Below, in pieces: positions 27,505 through 41,168 of a DNA stretch of 64,000 nt (its first letter is position 1; each line of letters starts with the position of its first letter). The stretch covers positions 1 to 64,000 of the forward strand of contig ADNK01001273.1 of assembly GCA_000320545.1 (NCBI GenBank). The letters are read 5' to 3'. The position numbers were made by a program, and so were the translations under genes. This stretch comes from Bigelowiella natans CCMP2755 (taxonomy: Eukaryota; Protista; Cercozoa). Below the pieces are notes generated by a model. The model had not been told where the DNA came from. It saw only the letters and a program-made list of their open reading frames with translations, and did not search any database.

Positions 27505-27851
27505 TGGGCAGAGCAATTCGCCCTTGAGCATCCAAATGAATATTTCCGTCGGTTTTTGCCACTTCCCCTGTCGCTATTTATGTCGGAATTATTTTCCTTC
27601 CGGGTTGATGACGATGTTTGCGTGCACAAACGCAGGCGAAGTTCTTTGGCCTCTGCTTCTGCTTAGCATCCTCGATCCCGATCGGGAAAGAAGGGTGGGT
27701 ATAGAAAGAAGAAGAAGAAGAAGAAGAAGAAGAAGAAGAGGAAAAAAAAAAAAAGAAGAACAGCGTCAAATCTGCTGCTGCTGCTGCCACTGCCACATGA
27801 CCACCACTGCAGTGTCATCATAGGAGGTTGCTCTTATTATTCTTCTGTGTG

Positions 27852-27886
<35 letters not shown>

Positions 27887-28317
27887 AAACCAGGCCTCTT
27901 GTGCACATAGCTGCAATCGTAGCCACCCAGACGACCAAGATCCCGATGTTTCGTTACATCCGACAGAACCCGTGAGTAGTAGCAGCGCTGAAGAACAATT
28001 GCAGATTGAGAGCCTTTCTTGCAAAGATGATGATACTCAGAATAATTCCAATGATGCTGTTTTGCCTTCACCGAATAATTCTCGTGATCAATAGACTAGG
28101 AACGCTGCTGCTGCTGCTGCTACATTTTTAAGCACACGTAGTGCGGCTCTAACTGGAGGGTTGCTGTTATTGTTGCTGTTATTGTTGCTGTTATTGTTGC
28201 TGTTATTGTTGCTGTTATTGTTGCTGTTATTGTTGCTGTTGTCTCGTCGTTGTCGTTGTTGTTTTGCCAGGTTTCTACTGCGTCAGATGCAAAGTGTAGC
28301 AGTTGCCGTAGGTGGGA

Positions 28318-28367
<50 letters not shown>

Positions 28368-28599
28368 CTCATCCTCTTCTTCTTGCTTTAATGCTGATAC
28401 TTATCGTCAAACCGCTACCTCTCGTTTTGGTCATTATTTCGTGTCCTCTGATGCAGGCGTGGCCACATGCTTTGGAGCTCCAGTCGGTGGGGTGCTCTTT
28501 AGCATAGAGGTAGCTGCTGCTGCTGCGACTAAGGCGAAAATCAATGAATAGAATGCTTATATATATATATATATATATATATTTGTGTGTGTGTGTGTG

Positions 28600-28642
<43 letters not shown>

Positions 28643-28978
28643 GTGTGTGCAGGCCACAGAGCGAGAAATGTAGAGAGACGTAGAGCAGTTGATTCAGACA
28701 TAGAGGCGTATTCACGATTTCGAACGACAGAAGACATCATCGTGGGAGAGGCAGCAGACACAACAAGTGCTGACCACCACATCGAAAGCCTGGCCTATTA
28801 TTCTACGATAAGTTCTCCGTGGAATGAATTGTTTTGGCACTGTTACCTTCCTTGTTGTCAGGTCACCTCCACTGTCTTCAACGTTTCCAACTTGTGGAAG
28901 TGCTTCTATGGCTCAGCCTGGGCTATCGTCATGTTCCGGTGATAGTAATAAGTAGTTGTTGTTATAGTAGCAGCCGTT

Positions 28979-29009
<31 letters not shown>

Positions 29010-29369
29010 CAGGATGATGATGATGATGAAGGTAATGCTACTACACCTAACAACAAACAGTTATTAAGAATGGAAGAGAGAGAGAGAGAGAGATATGGAA
29101 AAAGCATTCACGGGGATTTAGATTTCTTTCCCTCTCGTTATTGAATTCTGTATCTAATGGTCTAACAGCCTTCCATGCCAAAATCATCGTCATACGTCAC
29201 ATCGTCGTGACGTTCATCATTGAGATCATCATCATCCATGTTGAAACGACCCATCACTTAAAACGATATCGCACAGAATTCTTCACGAGATTGCCCGTGT
29301 GCAAAACTACGAATACACCGATCTAAATGTAGGACTGTGCAGCAGCAACCACACACACACACACACACA

Positions 29370-29408
<39 letters not shown>

Positions 29409-29496
29409 GGAAGCGAGCTAGGGATCATTCGCAACTGAAAGAATTTGCTGTTACTAGTTTGAGTTAGTCATTGTAAACGATAGTCAATGAAAGTGC

Positions 29497-29529
<33 letters not shown>

Positions 29530-29629
29530 GTAATGGTGTTTGATGATGATGAATGATTATGCCAAGGAAACACGCTTTGGGCCTGTGTTGCTCCTCTTCG
29601 TCCTGCTGGGGGTACACATACATCTCCAC

Positions 29630-29660
<31 letters not shown>

Positions 29661-30174
29661 CGACAGAGAAGTGATGAATATGGGGAGGAGGAGGAGGACC
29701 AGCAATCTATCTAGGGGGAGGGGAGGGGAGGAAACCACCTCTGTCCATAGCGCCGCTGAACGAGCATTAGAGTTGCATTTTAGTCTAATATTTATGCGGC
29801 ATGCAAGTGCTACGTACTATTCATAATTCCTCTTACTACGAGCACACGCCTCTATTGTTGAACAAAGCTCCCACACTTCGCTCGCGAGCACCCTTTGGAT
29901 AACCATAGTTCGTCTTCCTGCCTTCTCCTGTCTTTTGACGCAGATTCTATGCGGGTGTATCTCTGCGTTGTTCCTTTTCCTCTTCCTTCTCTGGCAAAAG
30001 TAATTATAAAGCAAGAGGGACAGAGAGGGGGAGGGAGGGAGGGAGAGAGAGAGAGAGAGAGAGAGGTAGCGTAAAGTATCTGAGCTGCGCTTGGAAAACG
30101 TCTTGGCCATGATCAGCATTGGCTATATCGTCGTCGTCGTCGTCATCATCAACACCATCAACAACGAATATTAT

Positions 30175-30207
<33 letters not shown>

Positions 30208-31133
30208 ACCTAGGCTTATCGAGAGGCTGCAGCTGCAGCACAATTGGAGGAGGTTGTTTTAAGTTTGCTGCGACACACGCTCACACACACACACAAAGAG
30301 AGGGAGAGAGAGAGAGAGAGAGGGAGAGAGAGAGAGTCGTGCCCTGTGTGCGGTGCATACAAGATCCAAAATAATACAGTAACAGATTGTTTGATTCCTA
30401 GCCCCGTCGTCATCTCATGATTACTATCTCTTCTTCTTCTTCTTCTTCTTCTTCTTCTTCTTTTTCTTCTTTTCCAGATACATATTAATATCCGCTGCCA
30501 CTATATCCATCGGGTGAGGATACACTAGAAGGAGAGCCCTGCTCTGCTGCAGCTGCCGCTACCGTTACGTCTCTGCGTGCTGTATGCTGTGGTGGATGTG
30601 CCCCTTCATGGGTGCATAGACGACGCCGATCATGTCGCTCATTGTACGATGTTCGGCTGCTTGTCCTGCTCTCATCATATAGGGTCGTATCCTATCCCAT
30701 CAAGTCCCTTTCGATTCCAGATAAGCAGGTGGCTGAGTTCATTTCACGGTGGGGGTGGGTGGGTGGTGATGATGAAGCTTTGGTGTCGTGTTTCCACCCT
30801 TTCTCCGTCCTTAACACTTGACTGTAACCCGCCGCCCCCCCCCTCCCCTTTTCCTTTTGCCCATCAGCATCTATCATTTATTGTTGTTCTTCTTGTTGTT
30901 CTTCTTCTTCTTCCTCCTTAGATAAGCAATGAGATGTTTGATAACGAGGACCTTAAGTCGGAGTTTTGGCAGTGGGGGTGCGTACATCCCTTACCGCACC
31001 CAATACGACGACGTCGTCTTTAGACTACTACATCCGGGGAGGGAGGGAGGGAGGCGGCAAAGCAAAACGACTCGTGTGATAGGCTTGTTTGCCCAAGCAT
31101 TTCATCGCGCTGCAGCCTCTTCGTCGCATTAAC

Positions 31134-31179
<46 letters not shown>

Positions 31180-31949
31180 TGTGTTTTTGTGTGTGTGTTT
31201 GTGTGTGTGTGTGCCGGTCTTCCCTTCTAGCGACAAGTTGCTCACGTTACCGATCTTCGTAATATAAAGAGGGGAAGGGAAAGAAAGGGGGGGGAAAGGG
31301 GAAAACCGGATTTTATCACACTCTGATTTGAATATGCTTCATTGATTGTTGTGTGAGTTCTGTCGGTGTGCTTCTTAACAGCAATGATTTGACGACGATG
31401 ATAATAATAATAATGATAATAATAATGATAATTAATTATTATTATTATAAAAAGGTTGCATTTAAGCTCCTCTTTGCATCTTTAGCGATTTGCCTTCCTA
31501 TTCCAGCAGGGGTAATAATTGTCAAAATAGTAGTAGTAGTAGTAGTAACAATAACAATACAGTTGTTGTGGAAGCAGCAGCAATCTCGGTTGATGGATAT
31601 GATAAATGTCGTCTGATTATTGATTATTCCAATTCTTTACAGTGCCTCACACCAGTCTTCACCGCTGGTGCCGTGTTTGGGTCAGTCGCAGTTCTCTCGG
31701 AAAGATATTCCCTGTGGATCATCCATTCATTCGTTTTCCTCCTCCCCCCCCCCCGCCCCTCCCTTGTTGATTATATATTTGCCTATTAGCCGTTTTTTCG
31801 GGGAATGCTTGCAGGACAGGGACCCCCACTCCAAAGACCCAGGCATTTTTGATATTGTTGGCGCTGCAGCTCTCTCCTCGGTAGGTAAGGGGGGGGGGGG
31901 GGACAATGCGGTTGTTCCGTCTTCCTCTTTTTTCCCACCATGATCTATA

Positions 31950-31984
<35 letters not shown>

Positions 31985-32613
31985 AATATATGTGCGTTGA
32001 GTGTAAAAATGGGCGCGCACGTGTATGTGTACGTCTAAGTGGATGCACTAGACGCGGAAGTTTACACCTCTTCCTCCTCCTCCTCCTCCTCCTCCTCCTC
32101 CCCCTCCTTCATTGACCATCACGAAAGGGTGTCACACGCTCTCTCTCTGTAACCATAATCGTCTTTGAAGTCACGGGGTACAGTCAAAGATATATAAGAA
32201 CTCACAAAAGGGCGAAGTGCCGATGGGCTTTTTGCCAGGCTGCTAAGGCAGCAATGCTGATCGATTGACTTGACTGCTGTGGTGTTGTCCTGTTTGCCGC
32301 TGCCCTCGTTTGTGGTTTCTTGTCGTAACTTTACGGCAATAATAGGGAGCTTCATAACCTCGTGGGAGTGCTGCTAGCATCCTTGTTCGCATATGCCGTC
32401 TCCGGTAAGAATTGCTAGGTTACAACAAACACATGGAGTTAAGGAGGAGGAGGGGGGGGGGGGGGGGGAATAATAGCTGGTGCTAATAGCGTAAGACGAT
32501 TCGTTGGATGATTGAGAGATCTCGCCTGTTTAGTAGTTTTTGGGCCCTCCTTTCATCGTTCCAGCATTTCCTCCTCGTTGTGTAATCTCTCTCCTTCTCT
32601 TCTCTCTCTCTCT

Positions 32614-32651
<38 letters not shown>

Positions 32652-32929
32652 CTTCTCTCTTTCTCTCTCGTGCTGCTGTCGTTGCTGCTGATTGTGCACA
32701 CTGCCTCTCTCTGCAGGGGCCTTCTACACGCGGTCCATCTTTGATCTCATCTTACGATGCCGAGGTGTGTGGGGTGGTTTTGATGATGTGAGCCGGTTGC
32801 ATTTATATTCATGTGGTGCAAATATATTAATATATACATTTATATTAATAATGTAACAAAATTAATATATATATATATACATATGTACTTTCGTGTGCTG
32901 CTGTGCCTGTGTTGTCGTGTTATGCCAAT

Positions 32930-32961
<32 letters not shown>

Positions 32962-34536
32962 GAACAACGACGACGACGACGCCCAAGGAATGCTAGATAG
33001 AACGTATGCACAACAACATAGCAGTGTGCATATATTGACTACTCTCCAAATGTCTCTCTATCTTTCTTTCTTTTCTATTGACCAAAGGATTGCCGCACCT
33101 CCCTGAAATCAACTCAAGGGCGAAGATCGCTGCCGAGCTGATGCAGGTGTTCCGTAGAGGAGGAGGGGGGGGGGGGGGGGTGGAGGAGAATCTATCAGCA
33201 CGATGAAAACTGAAGTATAAGATTAAGACAATGATTCTCGAAAATGACATTGGAGATTATGATGATGATTAGGGTGATGATGATGATGATGATGAAACAC
33301 GACAGCTATTGCACGCCAAAAGAGTTGATTGTCCCCCCGTCCCGTCCTCCTCCTCCTCCATCCACCTCCAGTTCATCATAATAATGCTGCTGTGATTGTG
33401 GTCATTATCATCATCATCATCGTCATCATCATCATCTTCTTCTCTCCTGCTCTGTTTTGTTTTTTTCCCCGCCCAAAAACAACTTCTATTTGTCTTGTGC
33501 CGCTCCTCCTCCTCCTCCTCCACCACCATATGGAGATAATTCGATCGCTCTGCACATGCGAATATGAAATAATGCGGACGTCTGCTAATAACAGCAACAG
33601 CATCCCACTCCGTGCACGACTTCTGCAGCTAGTAGTTGTGGTGGCGTTGTATCTATTTGTCCGACAAGAGATATTTTCAAAGCAATAGCGCGAGCTATCC
33701 TAACATATCAAGAAGAAGCACCGATATGATGACGTCATGATGGCCTGGTCGCCGGTGCTTCAGCCCCGCACAAAATCTTTCCAAGCGAAGCTTCGTTATT
33801 CCTGAATAATAAGACCCTGTTGTTGCCGCAGACACACCCAAAGCTGGTTGGAACGATCCCTCGGCACATCATGTAAATAGGGAAGGGGGGGGGTGGGGGG
33901 GTGGGATGGGTAGGTTGTAGTATGAGGTGATGCTGATGCTAGTGCTGCTGATATTACCAATTTGAATGGCAATGCTACTTATTGCAATGCTAATGAGACG
34001 TGTGCCTTTCTGGTATTTAACACCGCCCAATGCTGCCTCCCTCTTCTTCTTCGATCTGATTGATCATGATAACCATAAATCTGCTGCATCTTCCTTCTTC
34101 TACGGAGTGAAAACGTATGCTGCAATGCATTTATCCTCCTCCTCCTCCTCCTCCTCACCATCATCACCAACACCATCGTCATCATCACTATCACTATCAC
34201 TATCACCATCATCACCACGCTTACGTCATCGTCGCAGGTACCGCTGCTTACTTCGCCATATCAACAACTACATCTCTCTCCATGGATACGCTGCACTTCC
34301 CGATGACGCGCAGAAGAGACACACGCAATATCAGGAAGAAGGTCGTCTCGATGTCTGCCACTAGAGAGAGAAGAAGAAGAATAGGAAAAAGTAATTATAT
34401 GTTGGCTAGCCGTTTCGAGGATGCGGGTTACAGCATATAGGTGTGCGGGGATGGTAGTAGCAACATCCAAATCAGCAATATCTGTCGTCGTCATTGTCTT
34501 CATCCTCCTCCTTCATCTTCCTCCTCCTCCTCCTCT

Positions 34537-34583
<47 letters not shown>

Positions 34584-35392
34584 TTCTTCTTCTTCTGCTC
34601 TCAATTGAAGTGCAATCACCAACGGTCATTGCTGCTGTGTGCCTTTCCTCGTTGGTTGGGGACATATTTGAGAATCTCTCTCTCTCTCTGTCTCTCTCTC
34701 TCTCTCTCTCACATTGAAGTTATTATTGTTGTTATTATTGTTATTACCATTATTGGCGATGTAAAGGTTCTCCAGACGCTGGAGACACAACGAAGGTAGC
34801 AGCAGCAGTAGTAGCAGCAGCAGCAGTAGCCCGCGACCACAATCAGCACACATAAAGAACGCACACAATTGCTTAGATAACGATGACAACGGCATCTCTT
34901 CTCTTCGTTCACTTTGTCTTCTTCTTCTTCTTCTTCTTCTTCTTCTTCTTCTTCTCAGGCGCATATGCTGGCATGGTGGGACGAAGTCTACGCAAACTCC
35001 AATTACGTACGGATGATGATGATGATTATGATGATGATGATTCTTCAGTGACAACGATGATGATGATGATGATGATGACAGTCGGTGCTTTCGCCTCTCT
35101 CTTCGAAACCGCCATCCTTGTCGTCCTCCTTTTCACTTCTTGCGCGTTTTCTCGTCTCTGATAATGTCGCCGTCCAAATGTATCATTCTTCATTAATCTT
35201 ACACACACACGCACACACACACACACACACACACAAACGCAAATACACACATATGCTTTGTTCTCCCCGCCTCAGCAAAGAGATACTACTGCTAAAGATA
35301 AAGAATATGAAGATCTAGAAAGGGGTGCGAGCTTGCGCATGCGCGTGCGCCCGTGTATGTGTGTGTGTGTGTGTGTGTAAAGATGGTGGGAG

Positions 35393-35429
<37 letters not shown>

Positions 35430-35511
35430 GATAGAAAGGGGTCGAGATGTATTTGAAAAGAGGGATAATGTTACTTCACTGTAACCCTCAATTCCCTCAG
35501 AGAGCCTCATT

Positions 35512-35566
<55 letters not shown>

Positions 35567-36328
35567 CGCACATCCCCCCCCCTCCCCACTCGTGTATCGA
35601 AAGATCACCTTCCTCCTCTCCTCCTGCTCCTCCTCCTCTTCCTCCTGCTCCTCTCATTCTCCTCGTTTTATCCATCATCAGGGCGAGAGGCAGAATAGTC
35701 TTGTGAAGGCCAGCAGCAGGGACACAAGAGTGGTACTACTGTAGACATGTTTACCAACAACAGCAAGAACTGCAAAATCAAGCGGTCGTGGTAGCGACCG
35801 CCAACATATTCAGTTGCTATCCCCTCCCCCGATCGGTTTATGTTATGCAATAGATGCAAGTTCTCCGGCAGCGCGGCTTTGAAGTCGATAATGAGATGAA
35901 ACAGGTGTTTCCTCCTCCTCCTCCACCTCCTCCACGTGTAGTAAACGATATTACTGTGACAGTGATTGTAGCGATTATCATCATCACCATTGTCTTCATG
36001 ATCGTCGTCTTCTCTCCTGCTTTCTTTTGCCTTTTTCCCCGCTCAAAAACGACTTCTATCTGTCTTGTGCCTCTCCTCCTCCTCCTCCTCCTCCTCCTCC
36101 TCCTCCTCAAGTCTCGGAGCATGTCTATGGTGTTGAATGCTGTCAAGGTGGTGACTAATGAGAGCAAGCACTGATGATGATGACGATGATGATGACGATG
36201 ATGATGACGATGATGATGATGATTCCTCCCCCCTAGTGTAGTAAAGCCACCAATGAAAGCATATTGCACTCGGTAGTTCGTTCAGTAACATATGTGACAT
36301 GAATTATGTGTATATTAGTATTATAAAA

Positions 36329-36377
<49 letters not shown>

Positions 36378-36713
36378 ATATATTATTTATAGATGTATAT
36401 TATATACAAGAGAGAAGATTTCTCATCTCAAGATGCCGGACGTTGATATGATACCTGTTCTCTCTTTTTGCCCTATTTTTACTGGTTCTCGCGCAACGCA
36501 GGCTTGCGAGGCCGATCAGCAGGCTTTCATGAGAGCAATGAGTCCTATCGAGGAGGAGGGCGCGGTATTTGCGAGCGACTTGAAAGACCGCAAGGAGGGA
36601 GGGGAGGAGGAGGAGGAAAGGGCCCCAGGGACAAGGAGGAAATCGCAAGATCACGTAGCATTTTGCATATTATTCTTGTTTTGTGGTGAGATGGCGTTCA
36701 CGTTCGGTGTGCA

Positions 36714-36753
<40 letters not shown>

Positions 36754-36983
36754 GGACACGACCATCATACAGCGGTCTCAGCAGCAGCAGCAGCAGTCGG
36801 GGTCAGGGTTAGGAGGACGTACCAGAGAAAAGGTTTGCTTGAAACGACGACTATGATGGATAGAAGAAGAAGAAGAAGATGATGATGATGATGATGATGC
36901 CTGGGTATAGACAATCTTGTCGTACTCGTGTTTTCATGCATGAAAACCCATCATATCACACTCGCACACATGTACGCACACCA

Positions 36984-37026
<43 letters not shown>

Positions 37027-37207
37027 CTGGTGTATATATACAACATATGTCTGTGTATGTGAATGATCATGGATCGGCAGGCAACTAGCAGCATTGGGAG
37101 CTTAAATGACGAGATGAAGGTAGCGACGGCAACAACCTGAATATGACTTGGGAGAATAACGTGTTTGAGATGTTCCATAATTTATGTAAATATATGTGTA
37201 TTTGAGC

Positions 37208-37238
<31 letters not shown>

Positions 37239-38067
37239 CGCGCGCGTGTGGAAAAGATCGCCGATCCAGAGGAGCGTTATGATGCGTGGATGAAAAGAAC
37301 AATTCAGCTCACTCGCTTTGAGACAATGGCGATTGACCAAGGGTATAATCATCATCATCATCTTCTTCTTCTTCTTTTTCTGTTTTATCTCGTTCTTTTT
37401 CTTCTGCTTCATGATGATTCCGTCGGTCTCATGTATTGCAATAGCATGTATCGTATCTTCACCACCGTTCCTTACTGAATAATAACAACAACAACAACAA
37501 TGCCAATATCAGCCCGTTCATGCTCATGCAGGAGACACCGGCGCAGCGCGTTGGATTTTGTAATGATTACCTGCATAAGTTAGCAACAAAAAACGAAGAA
37601 GCTGTCAAATATGATGTTGCTTTAGTGAATGTTGATGACATCATCGACGAAAACAAAGACGATGATAAACGACGACGATGACGACGACGATGATGATGAT
37701 GATGATGATGAAAATGGAAGAACTATAGGTAGAAAGATAGGTGGTAATATAGATGCTAGAGTATTCGGATGGGAGCCCCCAATCCCCTTCCAATGGACAT
37801 TTGTTTGACTATCGTCGTTGTTGTCGTTGTTGTGGTTGTTGTTGTCTTTATTGTGGTGTCGGTGATGATCTTTAGTGATGTCGCTGCTGGGTTTAAATCA
37901 AGTGTTCGTTGTCAATCGAGGCAATCTACTCGGTGATTATAGCAAATAAGCAACAACAACAACGTACAATGTCATATTCTCAACATGATTTGATTATAAT
38001 TGAAGGTGTGATATGTAAAGAGGACTTGTTTCAAAGCTCGACGAGCCCGCCGCATGTGGAACAATGA
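25029..38067 (+). CDS. CLC-family chloride channel with probable C-terminal CBS domains (many small exons; 5' start approximate)
   Basis: GSGIPEMKSILG (~27115), IPIGKEG|PLVHIAA (~27675-27920), GVATCFGAPVGGVLFSIEV|TSTVFNVSNLW, LPIPAG|CLTPVFTAGAVFG, IVGAAALSS, SIFDLILRCRGLPHLP; CBS2-like QVFVVNRGNLLG|VICKEDLF. Stop TGA at 38065-38067. Confidence 0.9.
28161..28240. repeat. 12-bp minisatellite (TTGCTGTTATTG)n in a CLC intron
   Basis: About six and a half near-perfect tandem copies visible. Confidence 0.85.
33391..33525 (+). repeat. Intronic segment, copy 1 (paralogous to 35962-36108)
   Basis: ttctctcctgctctgttttgttttttt-ccccgcccaaaaacaacttctatttgtcttgtgccgctcctcc vs ttctctcctgctttcttttgcctttttccccgctcaaaaacgacttctatctgtcttgtgcctctcctcc. 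Confidence 0.8.
35962..36108 (+). repeat. Intronic segment, copy 2 (paralogous to 33391-33525)
   Basis: Same non-microsatellite core, with (ATC)n and (CCT)n flanks in the same orientation as copy 1. Confidence 0.8.
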
Positions 38068-39508
38068 CGATGATGATGATGATGATGATGATGTAGAACA
38101 CAGGATAATAAGGAATTTAAGATTCACCTACTTCTAAATGATTTAATAAAATAGTATTAATAATAAATGTCCACAGTTTCAGCTTTATCGTACACTTTTC
38201 ACTCAAATATACGTCGCTTCATTTTATTTGCGAGCAGTCAAAATTAAAGTAGTGCATTAGCTAGATTAGTCGTATATCACGGTCATTCCTTAATTTTAGC
38301 TAGTTTCTGTCGAATTATCTAGAATATGCCAGCGAAATAAACAGGAAAAATTATTAGCCGACAACAGTCGGAAGAAATGTAATAAATGGATGGATGTGCA
38401 CACAAAATGATGATTTTAACACAATCAGAGCCGCTCTTTATTTTAACATTGCTAGATTGACATGTTATGTGCTAGCGTGCTCTAGTGCTAGCTAGCTAGC
38501 GCTGACAAAATTAGATGCTTAGAGGGTCATCACATCAATTTTTAGGAGATGTACCGCCACATCTAGACATGTGCAAATATGAAGACTAAAAGAGAGCTTC
38601 GCGCTAGCTAGCTTGCTAGATGTCAGAGTGCGCGCGCACTTATTAGAAGTTTCAACAATGAAGACGACATTCTAATGATTCTAAATATATGGCTGTCACT
38701 GTCGACCACACGTACTCTAGTACTAGCAATAATGCTAGAATGCTCATGTCCATTCGTATATGGACTTAAAGATTCAACAAACAACTGACGGCGATCATGG
38801 ATCGCAATGATGAGACCACGCGCCTCACAACCGCAGAAAAAACAAGTCGAGAAGCTGCGCGCAAAGCGCGACATGCTAGATCAAAACATGATGTATTCAC
38901 ATGCATGCGCCATGTGACCAAGGAAACAAACAGATACAATTTAAGCGCTGTAGCCGCTGCATTGCACAGCTACATTAGGATGACCATTGAAAAAATTTAA
39001 ATATTTCATTACATCCGTCTCATATGGACTTAAAGTCCATATACCATCTATACAATATGCGTGTAACCAACCATTCGACTGGCGCTAGGCTGCTCTCAAG
39101 TAGACTAACTACAGCATCTAGACAAAGGAATGTAAGCTAGGTGCGGATCGTACATCGTAATGGATCGATGTATTTATCTTAAGACATGATGTAGACGACT
39201 TGTAGTCCGCTTGCATTGTCATTAGAGATTAGAGAACGCTCTTCAGCAGTGACAGGGGCTTCATAAAATCACGCGCGTTGATCATAAAAGGAACAAGCTG
39301 CATAATAACTAGATGATTGTTGCAGTGCGCACACATATAATTAAATTAACTCGCTGGCTGTTGATATTATCAACGACATTGTTGACCAACTTAAAGGCGG
39401 CACATACAATCAATCGTAGATACGTGCAAAATGCCTACACGTTTGCATCATTACCTTGTCCTCAAAGTGTAAAGATGTTTATCTCATCAAAGCCGCCCCC
39501 TTCGAACC

Positions 39509-40500
39509 CTACTTACAAAGTTTTGCGGCAACCTTGGTAACGTAAGATCCCTGGAAATTATGACGGAATGCACCACTCTCAATGACCGATGATATGATTG
39601 TATTTGTGATCAATACCTGAAATTCGGCAATCTCAAGTTCGAGCTTAGAAGGTTCACGACTCCCATCTGCCCCGGCAAAGCAACCAGCGCCGTAGGGAGA
39701 GCCTCCATGAACCTCAGACATGTCGAATAGCTTCTTGCAAGCATATCCAATAGGAACGTAGATCATACCCTGGTATTAGGTGATGTTGAGTCTTATGCAA
39801 CATATTATCTGCGGCCAAGAGAACTTTAAATTTCCTAATATTACGTGGTGGACGAGCTGCGTCACGAAGGTTAGATTTGTGGTTTCTTGGCCACCGCCTT
39901 GTGTTGCAGTGGAAACGAACATACTCGCAGGCTTGCCAACAAGAGCTCCCTTCATCCATAACCCGCCAGTGTGGTCGATCAGGGCCTTCATTTGGGTGGC
40001 AGCCATGCCGAAACGGGTGGGGATTCCGAAGATAATTGCGTCCGCGTCAGCGAGGTCTTGAGGTGTTGCAGCTTTGTGTTCAGCGTTCTTTTTCGGTGCT
40101 TTCATCTTCTCGAGCACCTAAGCGAAGGTCGGATTAAAACAAAGGGATCTTTAGTTTTTTGTCCAAAGTATGGTTTAGGCTTAATTTTTGCCTCCTCAGA
40201 GAGCGTCTCTGGGGCGCGCATGATTGTCACCTGAACACATAGATCGAATGTCAAGCAATACGTAGTCACTCTTTCATTCGCAGATAATATTACCTTCCCC
40301 CCTGCAGCCTCAACACCCTTACCAACAGCGATTGCCATTTTCTCAATGTGCTTGTACATGCTGTAGTATACAATCTGAACAAAAGATAGAATGCGTTGGA
40401 GAGGAAGGGGGAGGAGGAACGTACACGTTCGAAAAAGGTGGCTAGGTTCTATGTCATTGATTACCAAAACTTTCGGGGATGTCTTGCTTTCTTCTGCCAT
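39509..40500 (-). CDS. wrbA: Flavodoxin-like NAD(P)H:quinone oxidoreductase, WrbA/Pst2/FQR1 family (6 exons)
   Basis: [12 protein letters not shown]|[14 protein letters not shown]...PETLSEE|VLEKMKAP...[12 protein letters not shown]...[24 protein letters not shown]...HH|GMIYVPIGY...[20 protein letters not shown]. Confidence 0.95.
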
Positions 40501-41168
40501 GGTGAAACTTATTCTTCGACACGATACATGAAACAAAATCAACATGAAATGTCAGTAAGGCTACGATGCTGTCAAGATGTGAGTAGTTTTTGTGTAAAAA
40601 GAAAGCCTTTATGGTCGCTGGAACAAGTCAAAAAGGTTGCTCACAATTTTGCTTTCGATTTCTGGACACAAGCGAGAGGCCACTTCGAGTTATGCAAGCA
40701 CACGGAGGCAGGGTTGTAATAGAGCCTGACAAAGAGACCGTCTTTCGGTTCCGAAACACCAAAATGCATACCATTTCTAAGTAAAAATGCCCAGATTTCC
40801 CGGGTTCGAGTTCCAACAGACCGTGGATACTCTAAATTTGACAAGATAGGAATACAGATTCCACTTCCTTAGTCCTTCCTAAGCAAGCCGGTACATCCCG
40901 AGAGACTCCCCTGAGATATTGACACCAAGTTCTTAGTAATATCAGATATTTATGATCAATTAGCATGTCGTTGATCCAAGAACTATGCCATTTATCCTTT
41001 TTGTTTGCTTTGGATAAGTATGAGGAGGAACTTCGACAATCGCCTCTACGATCTTGACTTCGAAGCTTCGAACCAGTGAGGGAATGAGGAGCGGAATGCC
41101 GTACTCTTTCGATTCGGCGTAACAAATAGTTGCATATAATTTCTAAAGGTCCTTATTTCTTACCCAGA

